A stretch of DNA of 64,000 nucleotides from Laetmonice hystrix (lineage: Eukaryota), in NCBI GenBank assembly GCA_965235115.1, contig OZ249452.1:16306001-16370000 (forward strand), given 5' to 3'. Below are positions 37,621-49,500 of the stretch, in pieces. The notes below the pieces were generated by a model that saw nothing but the letters and a program-made list of their open reading frames with translations, had not been told where the DNA came from and did no database searches. A program made the translations under genes and the position numbers. The number at the start of each line of letters is the position of its first letter. Positions within the stretch are counted from its first letter, which is position 1.

Positions 37621-39367
37621 GAGTTACCTGTCAGTGATGGTGGGGGCTGGGAGAGTTACCTGTCAGTGATGGTGGGGGCTGGGAGAGTTACCTGTCAGTG
37701 ATGGTGGGGGCTGGGAGAGTTACCTGTCAGTGATGGTGGGGGCTGGGAGAGTTACCTGTCAGTGATGGTGGGGACTGGGAGAGTTACCTGTCAGTGATGG
37801 TTGGGGCTGGGAGAGTTACCTGTCAGTGATGGGGGGGGGCTGGGAGAGTTACCTGTGGGCGGGGGTGGGGGCTGGGAGAGTTACCTGTCAGTGATGGTGG
37901 GGGCTGGGAGAGTTACCTGTCAGTGATGGGGATGCTGGGAGAGTTACCTGTCAGTGATGGTGGGGGCTGGGAGAGTTACCTGTCAGTGATGGTGGGGGGC
38001 TGGGAGAGTTACCTGTCAGTGATGGTGGGGGCTGGGAGAGTTACCTGTCAGTGATGGTGGGGGGCTGGGAGAGTTACCTGTCAGTGATGGTGGGGGCTGG
38101 GAGAGTTACCTGTCAGTGATGGTGGGGGCTGGGAGAGTTACCTGTCAGTAATGGTGGGGGCTGGGAGAGTTACCTGTCAGTGATGGGTGGGGGCTGGGAG
38201 AGTTACCTGTCAGTGATGGTGGGGGCTGGGAGAGTTACCTGTCAGTGATGGGGGGGCTGGGAGAGTTACCTGTCTGTGATGGTGGGGCTGGGAGAGTTAC
38301 CTGTCTGTGATGGTGGGGGCTGGGAGAGTTACCTGTCAGTGATGGGTGGGGGCTGGGAGAGTTACCTGTCAGTGATGGGTGGGGGCTGGGAGAGTTGCCT
38401 GCCAGTGATGGTGGGGGCTGGGAGAGTTACTTGTCAGTGATGGTGGGGGCTGGGAGAGTTACCTGTCAGTGATGGTGGGGGCTGGGAGAGTTACCTGTCA
38501 GTGATGGGTGGGGGCTGGGAGAGTTACCTGTCAGTGATGGTGGGGGCTGGGAGAGTTACCTGTCAGTGATGGGGATGCTGGGAGAGTTACTTGTCAGTGA
38601 TGGGGATGCTGGGAGAGTTACCTGTCAGTGATGGGTGGGGGCTGGGAGAGTTACCTGTCAGTGATGGGGATGCTGGGAGAGTTACTTGTCAGTGATGGTG
38701 GGGGCTGGGAGAGTTACCTGTCAGTGATGGGTGGGGGCTGGGAGAGTTACCTGTCAGTGATGGGTGGGGGCTGGGAGAGTTACCTGTCAGTGATGGTGGG
38801 GGCTGGGAGAGTTACCTGGCAGTGATGGGTGGGGGCTGGGAGAGTTACCTGTCAGTGATGATGGGGGCTGGGAGAGTTACCTGTCAGTGATGGTGGGGGC
38901 TGGGAGAGTTACCTGTCAGTGATGGTGGGGGCTGGGAGAGTTACCTGTCAGTGATGGGTGGGGGCTGGGAGAGTTACCTGTCAGTGATGGTGGGGGCTGG
39001 TAGAGTTACCTGTCCGTGATGGGTGGGGGCTGGGAGAGTTACCTGTCAGTGATGGTGGGGGCTGGGAGAGTTACCTGTCAGTGATGGGTGGGGGCTGGGA
39101 GAGTTACCTGTCAGTGATGGGTGGGGGCTGGGAGAGTTACCTGTCAGTGATGGTGGGGGCTGGGAGAGTTACCTGTCAGTGATGGTGGGGGCTGGGAGAG
39201 TTACCTGTCAGTGATGGGTGGGGGCTGGGAGAGTTACCTGTCAGTGATGGTGGGGGCTGGGAGAGTTACCTGTCAGTGATGGTGGGGGCTTGGAGAGTTA
39301 CCTGTCAGTGATGGGGATGCTGGGAGAGTTACCTGTCAGTGATGGTGGGGGCTGGGAGAGTTACCTG
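37621..39367. repeat. 32-33-bp G-rich minisatellite (~54 copies), Wnt10 intron 1
   Basis: GAGAGTTACCTGTCAGTGATGGTGGGGGCTGG, period 32. Confidence 0.97.
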
Positions 39368-40206
39368 TGGGGGGGGGGTCCTTTTCCTTTTCTGTTTTTA
39401 CTTTTCAGTTGATACGTGACGGTGTATGGCAGAGCACTAATTAATCCAGCAGTTAACAACATTATCCTGAAGGTTCTAAAGCACTTTGATTTCGTCGGGT
39501 TAAAATATGTTTAAAATATATATTTTTTTAATTTTTGCCTTGATTGGTGTTCGTGGAATTGACGTTTAAGCAAAGGTACCCATGTCAAAATTAAAGGGCA
39601 TATATAATTATTATATTAAATTCAATAGTTCTAAATCCGCACCATGAATTTACAACAAGAACTTGGGACAGGTAATTATGTTTAAGGCTGGGAACAATTG
39701 GAGCTGTTCTGCAGGAAGTGGCCGACAATTCGCGATGCCGCATCTTCAGTTTCTTTAGTTTCTATTTGGCGTTTCTTGATTTCGCGTTAAAAAAAAAGTT
39801 GAAATTACAAAAATAAAGCACACGCGAAATATACTGACCTGGCAGTATAGAGAGGTGGGTCTGGTACCCTCTGGGCTTTGACGGGGGAACTGGGGGAGGT
39901 GTGCATGGGGTTAATTGACCTGGCACGAGGTCAGGTGCCGTAATTGGGGGCGGGGGGCGGGGGGTGGCTGACTGGGTCTTGTCGGAATCAGTTTGAGGTC
40001 CACCTGTTTAAGTCAGACCTGTAACGTTAGACCCCATGGTTAGAGTTAAAAGATCTTTGTCTACTTCCTGACTCTTTACCTAACCCTAACCCCAACTCCC
40101 CAGATCTACCCCCCCCCCTTAACCTCACATTATCCATACCCCGACCCCTAGTCTACCCTAACCCACCACCAATTTTGTAGGATGGGTAGGCCTACCATAG
40201 GAAAGA

Positions 40207-43200
40207 CGTCACCGTGACTCAGTCCCGAGTCTGAGAGACCACCACCCAGGGGTGGTCGATAACCGTCACCGTGACTCAGTCCCGAGTCTGAGAGACCACC
40301 ACCCAGGGGTGGTCGATAACCGTCCCCGTGACTCAGTCCCGAGTCGTTGTCTGAGAGACCACCACCCAGGGGTGGTCGATAACCGTCACCGTGACTCAGT
40401 CCCGAGTCTGAGAGACCACCACCCAGGGGTGGTCGATAACCGTCACCGTGACTCAGTCCCGAGTCTGAGAGACCACCACCCAGGGGTGGTCGATAACCGT
40501 CCCCGTGACTCAGTCCCGAGTCGTTGTCTGAGAGACCACCACCCAGGGGTGGTCGATAACCGTCCCCGTGACTCAGTCCCGAGTCTGAGAGACCACCACC
40601 CAGGGGTGGTCGATAACCGTCACCGTGACTCAGTCCCGAGTCTGAGAGACCACCACCCAGGGGTGGTCGATAACCGTCACCGTGACTCAGTCCCGAGTCT
40701 GAGAGACCACCACCCAGGGGTGGTCGATAACCGTCCCCGTGACTCAGTCCCGAGTCGTTGTCTGAGAGACCACCACCCAGGGGTGGTCGATAACCGTCAC
40801 CGTGACTCAGTCCCGAGTCTGAGAGACCACCACCCAGGGGTGGTCGATAACCGTCACCGTGACTCAGTCCCGAGTCGTTGTCTGAGAGACCACCACCCAG
40901 GGGTGGTCGATAACCGTCACCGTGACTCAGTCCCGAGTCTGAGAGACCACCACCCAGGGGTGGTCGATAACCGTCCCCGTGACTCAGTCCCGAGTCGTTG
41001 TCTGAGAGACCACCACCCAGGGGTGGTCGATAACCGTCACCGTGACTCAGTCCCGAGTCGTTGTCTGAGAGACCACCACCCAGGGGTGGTCGATAACCGT
41101 CACCGTGACTCAGTCCCGAGTCTGAGAGACCACCACCCAGGGGTGGTCAATAACCGTCACCGTGACTCAGTCCCGAGTCTGAGAGACCACCACCCAGGGG
41201 TGGTCGATAACCGTCCCCGTGACTCAGTCCCGAGTCTGAGAGACCACCACCCAGGGGTGGTCGATAACCGTCCTCATGACTCAGTCCCGAGTCTGAGAGA
41301 CCACCACCCAGGGGTGGTCGATAACCGTCACCGTGACTCAGTCCCGAGTCTGAGAGACCACCACCCAGGGGTGGTCGATAACCGTCACCGTGACTCAGTC
41401 CCGAGTCGTTGTCTGAGAGACCACCACCCAGGGGTGGTCGATAACCGTCCCCGTGACTCAGTCCCGAGTCTGAGAGACCACCACCCAGGGGTGGTCGATA
41501 ACCGTCACCGTGACTCAGTCCCGAGTCGTTGTCTGAGAGACCACCACCCAGGGGTGGTCGATAACCGTCACCGTGACTCAGTCCCGAGTCTGAGAGACCA
41601 CCACCCAGGGGTGGTCGATAACCGTCACCGTGACTCAGTCCCGAGTCTGAGAGACCACCACCCAGGGGTGGTCGATAACCGTCCCCGTGACTCAGTCCCG
41701 AGTCTGAGAGACCACCACCCAGGGGTGGTCGATAACCGTCCCCGTGACTCAGTCCCGAGTCGTTGTCTGAGAGACCACCACCCAGGGGTGGTCGATAACC
41801 GTCACCGTGACTCAGTCCCGAGTCTGAGAGACCACCACCCAGGGGTGGTCGATAACCGTCCCCGTGACTCAGTCCCGAGTCTGAGAGACCACCACCCAGG
41901 GGTGGTCGATAACCGTCACCGTGACTCAGTCCCGAGTCGTTGTCTGAGAGACCACCACCCAGGGGTGGTCGATAACCGTCACCGTGACTCAGTCCCGAGT
42001 CTGAGAGACCACCACCCAGGGGTGGTCGATAACCGTCCCCGTGACTCAGTCCCGAGTCTGAGAGACCACCACCCAGGGGTGGTCGATAACCGTCACCGTG
42101 ACTCAGTCCCGAGTCTGAGAGACCACCACCCGGGGGTGGTCGATAACCGTCCCCGTGACTCAGTCCCGAGTCTGAGAGACCACCACCCAGGGGTTGGTCA
42201 ATAACCGTCACCGTGACTCAGTCCCGAGTCTGAGAGACCACCACCCAGGGGTGGTCGATAACCGTCACCGTGACTCAGTCCCGAGTCGTTGTCTGAGAGA
42301 CCACCACCCAGGGGTGGTCGATAACCGTCACCGTGACTCAGTCCCGAGTCTGAGAGACCACCACCCAGGGGTGGTCGATAACCGTCACCGTGACTCAGTC
42401 CCGAGTCGTTGTCTGAGAGACCACCAACCAGGGGTGGTCGATAACCGTCACCGTGACTCAGTCCCGAGTCTGAGAGACCACCACCCAGGGGTGGTCGATA
42501 ACCGTCACCGTGACTCAGTCCCGAGTCTGAGAGACCACCACCCAGGGGTGGTCGATAACCGTCCCCGTGACTCAGTCCCGAGTCGTTGTCTGAGAGACCA
42601 CCACCCAGGGGTGGTCGATAACCGTCACCGTGACTCAGTCCCGAGTCTGAGAGACCACCACCCAGGGGTGGTCGATAACCGTCACCGTGACTCAGTCCCG
42701 AGTCTGAGAGACCACCACCCAGGGGTGGTCGATAACCGTCACCGTGACTCAGTCCCGAGTCTGAGAGACCACCACCCAGGGGTGGTCGATAACCGTCCCC
42801 GTGACTCAGTCCCGAGTCGTTGTCTGAGAGACCACCACCCAGGGGTGGTCGATAACCGTCACCGTGACTCAGTCCCGAGTCTGAGAACCACCACCCAGGG
42901 GTGGTCGATAACCGTCCCCGTGACTCAGTCCCGAGTCGTTGTCTGAGAGACCACCACCCAGGGGTGGTCGATAACCGTCACCGTGACTCAGTCCCGAGTC
43001 TGAGAGACCACCACCCAGGGGTGGTCGATAACCGTCACCGTGACTCAGTCCCGAGTCGTTGTCTGAGAGACCACCACCCAGGGGTGGTCGATAACCGTCA
43101 CCGTGACTCAGTCCCGAGTCTGAGAGACCACCACCCAGGGGTGGTCGATAACCGTCACCGTGACTCAGTCCCGAGTCGTTGTCTGAGAGACCACCACCCA

Positions 43201-44978
43201 GGGGTGGTCGATAACCGTCACCGTGACTCAGTCCCGAGTCTGAGAGACCACCACCCAGGGGTGGTCGATAACCGTCCCCGTGACTCAGTCCCGAGTCTGA
43301 GAGACCACCACCCAGGGGTGGTCGATAACCGTCACCGTGACTCAGTCCCGAGTCGTTGTCTGAGAGACCACCACCCAGGGGTGGTCGATAACCGTCACCG
43401 TGACTCAGTCCCGAGTCGTTGTCTGAGAGACCACCACCCAGGGGTGGTCGATAACCGTCACCGTGACTCAGTCCCGAGTCTGAGAGACCACCACCCAGGG
43501 GTGGTCGATAACCGTCCCCGTGACTCAGTCCCGAGTCGTTGTCTGAGAGACCACCACCCAGGGGTGGTCGATAACCGTCACCGTGACTCAGTCCCGAGTC
43601 TTTGTCTGAGAGACCACCACCCAGGGGTGGTCGATAACCGTCACCGTGACTCAGTCCCGAGTCGTTGTCTGAGAGACCACCACCCAGGGGTGGTCGATAA
43701 CCGTCACCGTGACTCAGTCCCGAGTCTGAGAGACCACCACCCAGGGGTGGTCGATAACCGTCACCGTGACTCGGTCCCGAGTCTGAGAGACCACCACCCA
43801 GGGGTGGTCGATAACCGTCACCGTGACTCAGTCCCGAGTCGTTGTCTGAGAGACCACCACCCAGGGGTGGTCGATAACCGTCCCCGTGACTCAGTCCCGA
43901 GTCGTTGTCTGAGAGACCACCACCCAGGGGTGGTCGATAACCGTCACCGTGACTCAGTCCCGAGTCGTTGTCTGAGAGACCACCACCCAGGGGTGGTCGA
44001 TAACCGTCCCCGTGACTCAGTCCCGAGTCTGAGAGACCACCACCCAGGGGTGGTCGATAACCGTCACCGTGACTCAGTCCCGAGTCGTTGTCTGAGAGAC
44101 CACCACCCAGGGGTGGTCGATAACCGTCACCGTGACTCAGTCCCGAGTCGTTGTCTGAGAGACCACCACCCAGGGGTGGTCGATAACCGTCACCGTGACT
44201 CAGTCCCGAGTCGTTGTCTGAGAGACCACCACCCAGGGGTGGTCGATAACCGTCACCGTGACTCAGTCCCGAGTCTGAGAGACCACCACCCAGGGGTGGT
44301 CGATAACCGTCCCCGTGACTCAGTCCCGAGTCGTTGTCTGAGAGACCACCACCCAGGGGTGGTCGATAACCGTCACCGTGACTCAGTCCCGAGTCTGAGA
44401 GACCACCACCCAGGGGTGGTCGATAACCGTCCCCGTGACTCAGTCCCGAGTCGTTGTCTGAGAGACCACCACCCAGGGGTGGTCGATAACCGTCACCGTG
44501 ACTCAGTCCCGAGTCTGAGAGACCACCACCCAGGGGTGGTCGATAACCGTCCCCGTGACTCAGTCCCGAGTCTGAGAGACCACCACCCAGGGGTGGTCGA
44601 TAACCGTCCCCGTGACTCAGTCCCGAGTCGTTGTCTGAGAGACCACCACCCAGGGGTGGTCGATAACCGTCACCGTGACTCAGTCCCGAGTCTGAGAGAC
44701 CACCACCCAGGGGTGGTCGATAACCGTCCCCGTGACTCAGTCCCGAGTCTGAGAGACCACCACCCAGGGGTGGTCGATAACCGTCACCGTGACTCAGTCC
44801 CGAGTCGTTGTCTGAGAGACCACCACCCAGGGGTGGTCAATAACCGTCACCGTGACTCAGTCCCGAGTCTGGGAGACCACCACCCAGGGGTGGTCGATAA
44901 CCGTCACCGTGACTCAGTCCCGAGTCGTTGTCTGAGAAACCACCACCCAGGGGTGGTCGATAACCGTCACCGTGACTC
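40207..44978. repeat. 57/63-bp minisatellite (~80 copies, 4.8 kb), Wnt10 intron 1
   Basis: CGTC(A/C)CCGTGACTCAGTCCCGAGTC[GTTGTC]TGAGAGACCACCACCCAGGGGTGGTCGATAAC; two length classes differ by a 6-bp insert. Confidence 0.98.
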
Positions 44979-47900
44979 GATAATGTTTTTTTATTTGGGG
45001 GGGGGGGGGTCGGTATATTAACCTGNNNNNNNNNNNNNNNNNNNNNNNNNNNNNNNNNNNNNNNNNNNNNNNNNNNNNNNNNNNNNNNNNNNNNNNNNNN
45101 NNNNNNNNNNNNNNNNNNNNNNNNNNNNNNNNNNNNNNNNNNNNNNNNNNNNNNNNNNNNNNNNNNNNNNNNNNNNNNNNNNNNNNNNNNNNNNNNNNNN
45201 NNNNNNNNNNNNNNNNNNNNNNNNNNNNNNNNNNNNNNNNNNNNNNNNNNNNNNNNNNNNNNNNNNNNNNNNCGACCCCCTCCCCCGGACGGCGAGTCGC
45301 GAGTCACGGCGTGGCCAATATCGGAAGTCAGCAAACAGTATATATTACCTCCGTATACATTAGAAGAAAGACTAACATCTTGAGCTCTACCACTCACCTA
45401 GACACAGTTTACCCTGGTCCAACAGTGGCCGTTACTAGTGCTTTGACGTATCCTTAAAAAACGAAGCTGCCTTTATTATGGTGTGTGTTAAAGTCAACGC
45501 TCTCCCCGGTTCTTCGCCTCGTAAAGTCGTATCCTTTAATCGCTATATCTAAAATTGGATTCCGGGCACGATTAGAGTAGCTGACAATATTGATAAAGGT
45601 TGAGAGAATCGGTGAGCCGTCACTGATACCCCCACACCCCCACACCCCCACCCCACATTCCACCCCCTCCCAACACCAACACCCAACATCCTGACCCCCA
45701 ACTCCCAACCTCCGGCTTTTAAGATCGGATTGGAAACGTTCGCACTGCCCTCTATCGGCCGGAGCTAAGCTGTTATGGGGGAATACATTATTGTGACAGT
45801 GGTCTACTGGTCGACCCAGACAGACAGGCATTTAATCCTGTGACACCATGCTCCCAGCTCAAGACTGAGGGTGAGCTGGGGACGGGGTGGGGGTAAGCTA
45901 GCTGTTTGTGATCTTTGTTAGGAACAGGTACAATAGACAGAACCTGGCTGCCATGGCGGCTGATCAAAGCGACGTCACGCCCCCTGGCGGTAGCTTTGTT
46001 GTTCAACATGGAGTTTGACCTTGACGCGCGGACAAAGACCTTATGATCACCAAGAGTGCAGGTGAAAGTGGAAGACGAGAAAAATGGGAGCATGATGATA
46101 GGACGCGTTGAAATGATGACGAGTGGGAGGAGAGACGCGCGAGCGTGCATAAATAAACATAATTATATCGGCGTAGAGTCAACATGAAGTGCGAGAATTC
46201 CGTGAAGATCTTTATGAGTCGATCAACTTGACGCCATCAAGCAAAATGTCGTTCAGCAATGAGCGAGCCAGCAATCGAAACTTTCAGGGCCTACAACTTA
46301 CTGTAACCCTTGCTAGCCCCCCCCCCCCCCTATGTTGTTTATTCGACTTTTGGGTGCTTCGACTACAAAAGGTTAGGCCTAAATAGAAAAAAAAATGTTT
46401 CTCAAAAATTGGTGTTCCAGACTTAGGCCTAGTTGTAAAACGTCCTACCTGGTTTACTTGAACAGGTGGTCAGTTGGACACATTTTTAATGTTGGTCTCA
46501 TGCATGTAAGGTATAATATAGCCTACTTGAAAATTTCAACAGATGTTAGGAATATCAAGGTGTTTAGATATCTACTTCTGTAACTTCTCAGAAGCTTATG
46601 ACATAGGTTATTTTTAAATAGTTACCGTTAAAGTTGAACAAGTTTGTTTTTTATACCCACCCTATCTAATATTGACGACGAATAGATCTAATTGTCGGTC
46701 TTAATATGACGTAAAATCTCAGCCTTTGTTCTACACGGTGGTAACTGAGGTCAGAGAGTGGGACAGGGGGGTCTGCAGCGATGTAGACGTTTTCTTGTTT
46801 GATAACTCTTCCGTTTAGATGATCACAGTGTTTGTAATTAGACCTTAGCTATCACAGAGACCATCAGTAATCTTTGCTGATGGTCATCCCTTGGGATGTA
46901 GGTCAACTCAATAAACTTCTCAGTTAGTGAGTGAGGGAGTGAGGGAGTGATAGAGGGAGTGACTAAAGCGTAGCAACTAATTATAATGAAAATTGGGCAA
47001 TCATAACAGCGATAGCAAAATAGTTATAAAATGAAGTGTTAATAATAGCACCTCCTCGAGCCTCATATTTCCAATGCGGATCAATTTTGTCAGAGTTTAA
47101 TACAACAGATTTATTTCGAAGTCTGAAACCTCGACAACACCCAGCGCTTCGCAAACAAAAATGAAAAAAAATGAATAATTCACGTCCACAACCACGCCTC
47201 AGCAAATAGGCCTACATGTACATCGATAATTAAAAAGGCGGAAAAATGGGTACGAAGAGGAAACGGATATTAGAACATGCCAATGACATCATTATGACGT
47301 ATGACGTCACGCTACGTCATAAACTTTGGTCCAATAGGAAATGCGAGGTCACTAGAATATGAAAGATAAGATGGGGAAAGAACCAGACTAGGAGGACTAT
47401 GGGAAGAATATGAAGGAAATACAATAATCATAGTCATATCACATCGAATCAGATGGTTGAAGAAAACGGGTTCAGACTGTAAAGCTTGAAGGCGTGTTGG
47501 TGAAGGTAAGGGGACATAGATATGAATACGATCTCTAGATGACCAATATAATCTGTGGAGCATAGAACCACAACCTGTGATTCAGCCAAGTCAGTTATTC
47601 CAAGACAGGAACGCTTCATTCATTGACGTCACCGCAGACGCCACCTAGCGGGTATTGACAAACGCCGGTGGTTGGTGCAGTGTCGGACGCCGTAACCCAC
47701 ATCAAAGATTTGGTCATTGTTTACGTGTTCAGTGGCTTTAAGTCAGATTTGTACTCGCCTTTGATATTGAAACCCCCAACGGAAATACTTTGGGTTGGAG
47801 ACTCCGTTCCAAACATACCTGTATGCTTAGTGATTGAGTGACATTTCAACAGAAATCACAGAAAACTACATCCGGGCACTGATGTGACCGGATGTGACCT

Positions 47901-49215
47901 AGTTACCATTGTTTCCGGGTGACTCGTCGATGCCAGGGTTGTAATGGACACACATGTATAAACCACACCCTCCCCTCCCCTAAATTATAATCTTTTACTA
48001 TCGTTAGGCCTTCTCTCTTGTGTCGTAGGGAGACTGTAAAATCAAAGGAGGAACCGGGCAAAACGAAGTGACAGTTCTTGGAAGACCCAGGGCACACCCC
48101 CAAGAAGTATTTCTCAGAGTTAACTGACTCAGAATGAGAGGAAGCGGTTAGTCTGGCTACGTCCCTGACTGTATCAATTAGAATAGGCTCCAACTAGTCC
48201 AAAGTAAGATATCCGCGGTATGATTGGTCATTTGATGGATCCTATCTGCCTTGTGACGTTCGTAATGACGACATCGCCAGCAGACGATAGACGATATTGT
48301 GACGTATAGTTCTTATTGATTGGAAGGTGTCAATGAACCCAAACTGTTGACACAGTACCGTGTTATTTTAAAAAAGACGTCAGGAATCCGCAACATTCCT
48401 TGTGCGAACATCTTCACAGAAAGCCTGAAATAAATGATTAGTTAAGACTATAGGAATGTTAGATGGAAGCTCAAAAAGGACACAACTTAATCATCACAAA
48501 TTTAAAAGAGCTTCAGAAATCTATACGAGACGATCCATCGTCAACATTGATGTTAAATGACGTCAGCCGACGGGGCATAACCGGTAAAAATTGTCAAAAG
48601 TAGGATAAAAATCCAACACCTGGAATCCACAACTTTCGAGCAGCCGTAACGTGTGTCGACAGGTGCGTGGAAGTGGAAAGCATCAAAAATGGCTTCATCT
48701 GACGTATGTATCTGTATCAGCCACTCTGATTGGCTACAGTCATTGAGAGCACCAATCATGCTCTGCTCTCTCATTGGTCCAACCATGACGCGGGGCGTTA
48801 CGTCATAATTTGTCTCGGGAGGAAGACGTGGAAGTGTTTTGTCGTTATCTGCTGTCTGCAGAGTGAATGCGGGATAAAAACAAACTACAGTCGATGGTAC
48901 ATGGTACAGCAGCCATCCCAAGTCCCTCAGTAACCTGTTCGCCATCAGTAACACAGAAACTCGACATCTTACAGCAACAGACGCAGTTATATTCTCAGAA
49001 TAATATATAGTCTCCAACTTTATCGTTGCATTGCCTCAACTTCCAAGCTAAGGCAGCCATTGCTATGATTCCTACGCACCTTTCTAGGCACCTTAAAGAA
49101 CCCTTGCCGGTTCGTGAAAAGGGAAAGCCACGTGAATTAAGCCACGTGAATTAGTTATGGCAAACAGTTACGGTTGAGACATATACTTCCGTCTTGAAGC
49201 AGGCGTTAGGGCGAC

Positions 49216-49500
49216 TCTCTCTCTCTCTCTATCTCTCTCTCTGTCTCTGTCTCTCTCTCTCTCTCGCTCTCTCTCTCTCACTGTCTCTTAATGTTCATTC
49301 TTACTGCTCAGGGCGTCGGAAAAGGGGTCTAAGGAAGCAAGGGGCCAGGGAGCAAGGGAGGCCAGGGAGCAAGGGGGCCAGGGAGCAAGGGGGCCGGGAG
49401 CAAGGGGGCCGGGAGCAAGGGGGGCCAGGGAGCAAGGGGGGCCGGGGAGCAAGGGGCTGGGAGCAAGGGGGCCGGGAGCGAGGGAGCCAGGGAACAAGGG
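49216..49500. repeat. (CT)n microsatellite plus GGGAGCAAGGGGGCC(A) 15-16-bp repeat
   Basis: Direct reading. Confidence 0.85.

Noticed and set aside
40078-40100. CCTAACCCTAACCC as an interstitial telomere or chromosome fusion scar
   Set aside because: Only about two units; too short to distinguish from low-complexity sequence.
40207-44978. CRISPR-like array (palindromic repeats)
   Set aside because: No unique spacers, no cas genes, and the context is eukaryotic and intron-containing.
40252-45021. 650-, 706-, 354- and 250-aa ORFs (LRDHHPGVVDNRHRDSVPS repeats) as a novel repetitive protein
   Set aside because: They arise because the 57/63-bp units are multiples of 3 and lack stops in some frames. 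They are open on both strands, begin and end with the array, are broken by single-base indels, and lie in Wnt10 intron 1.
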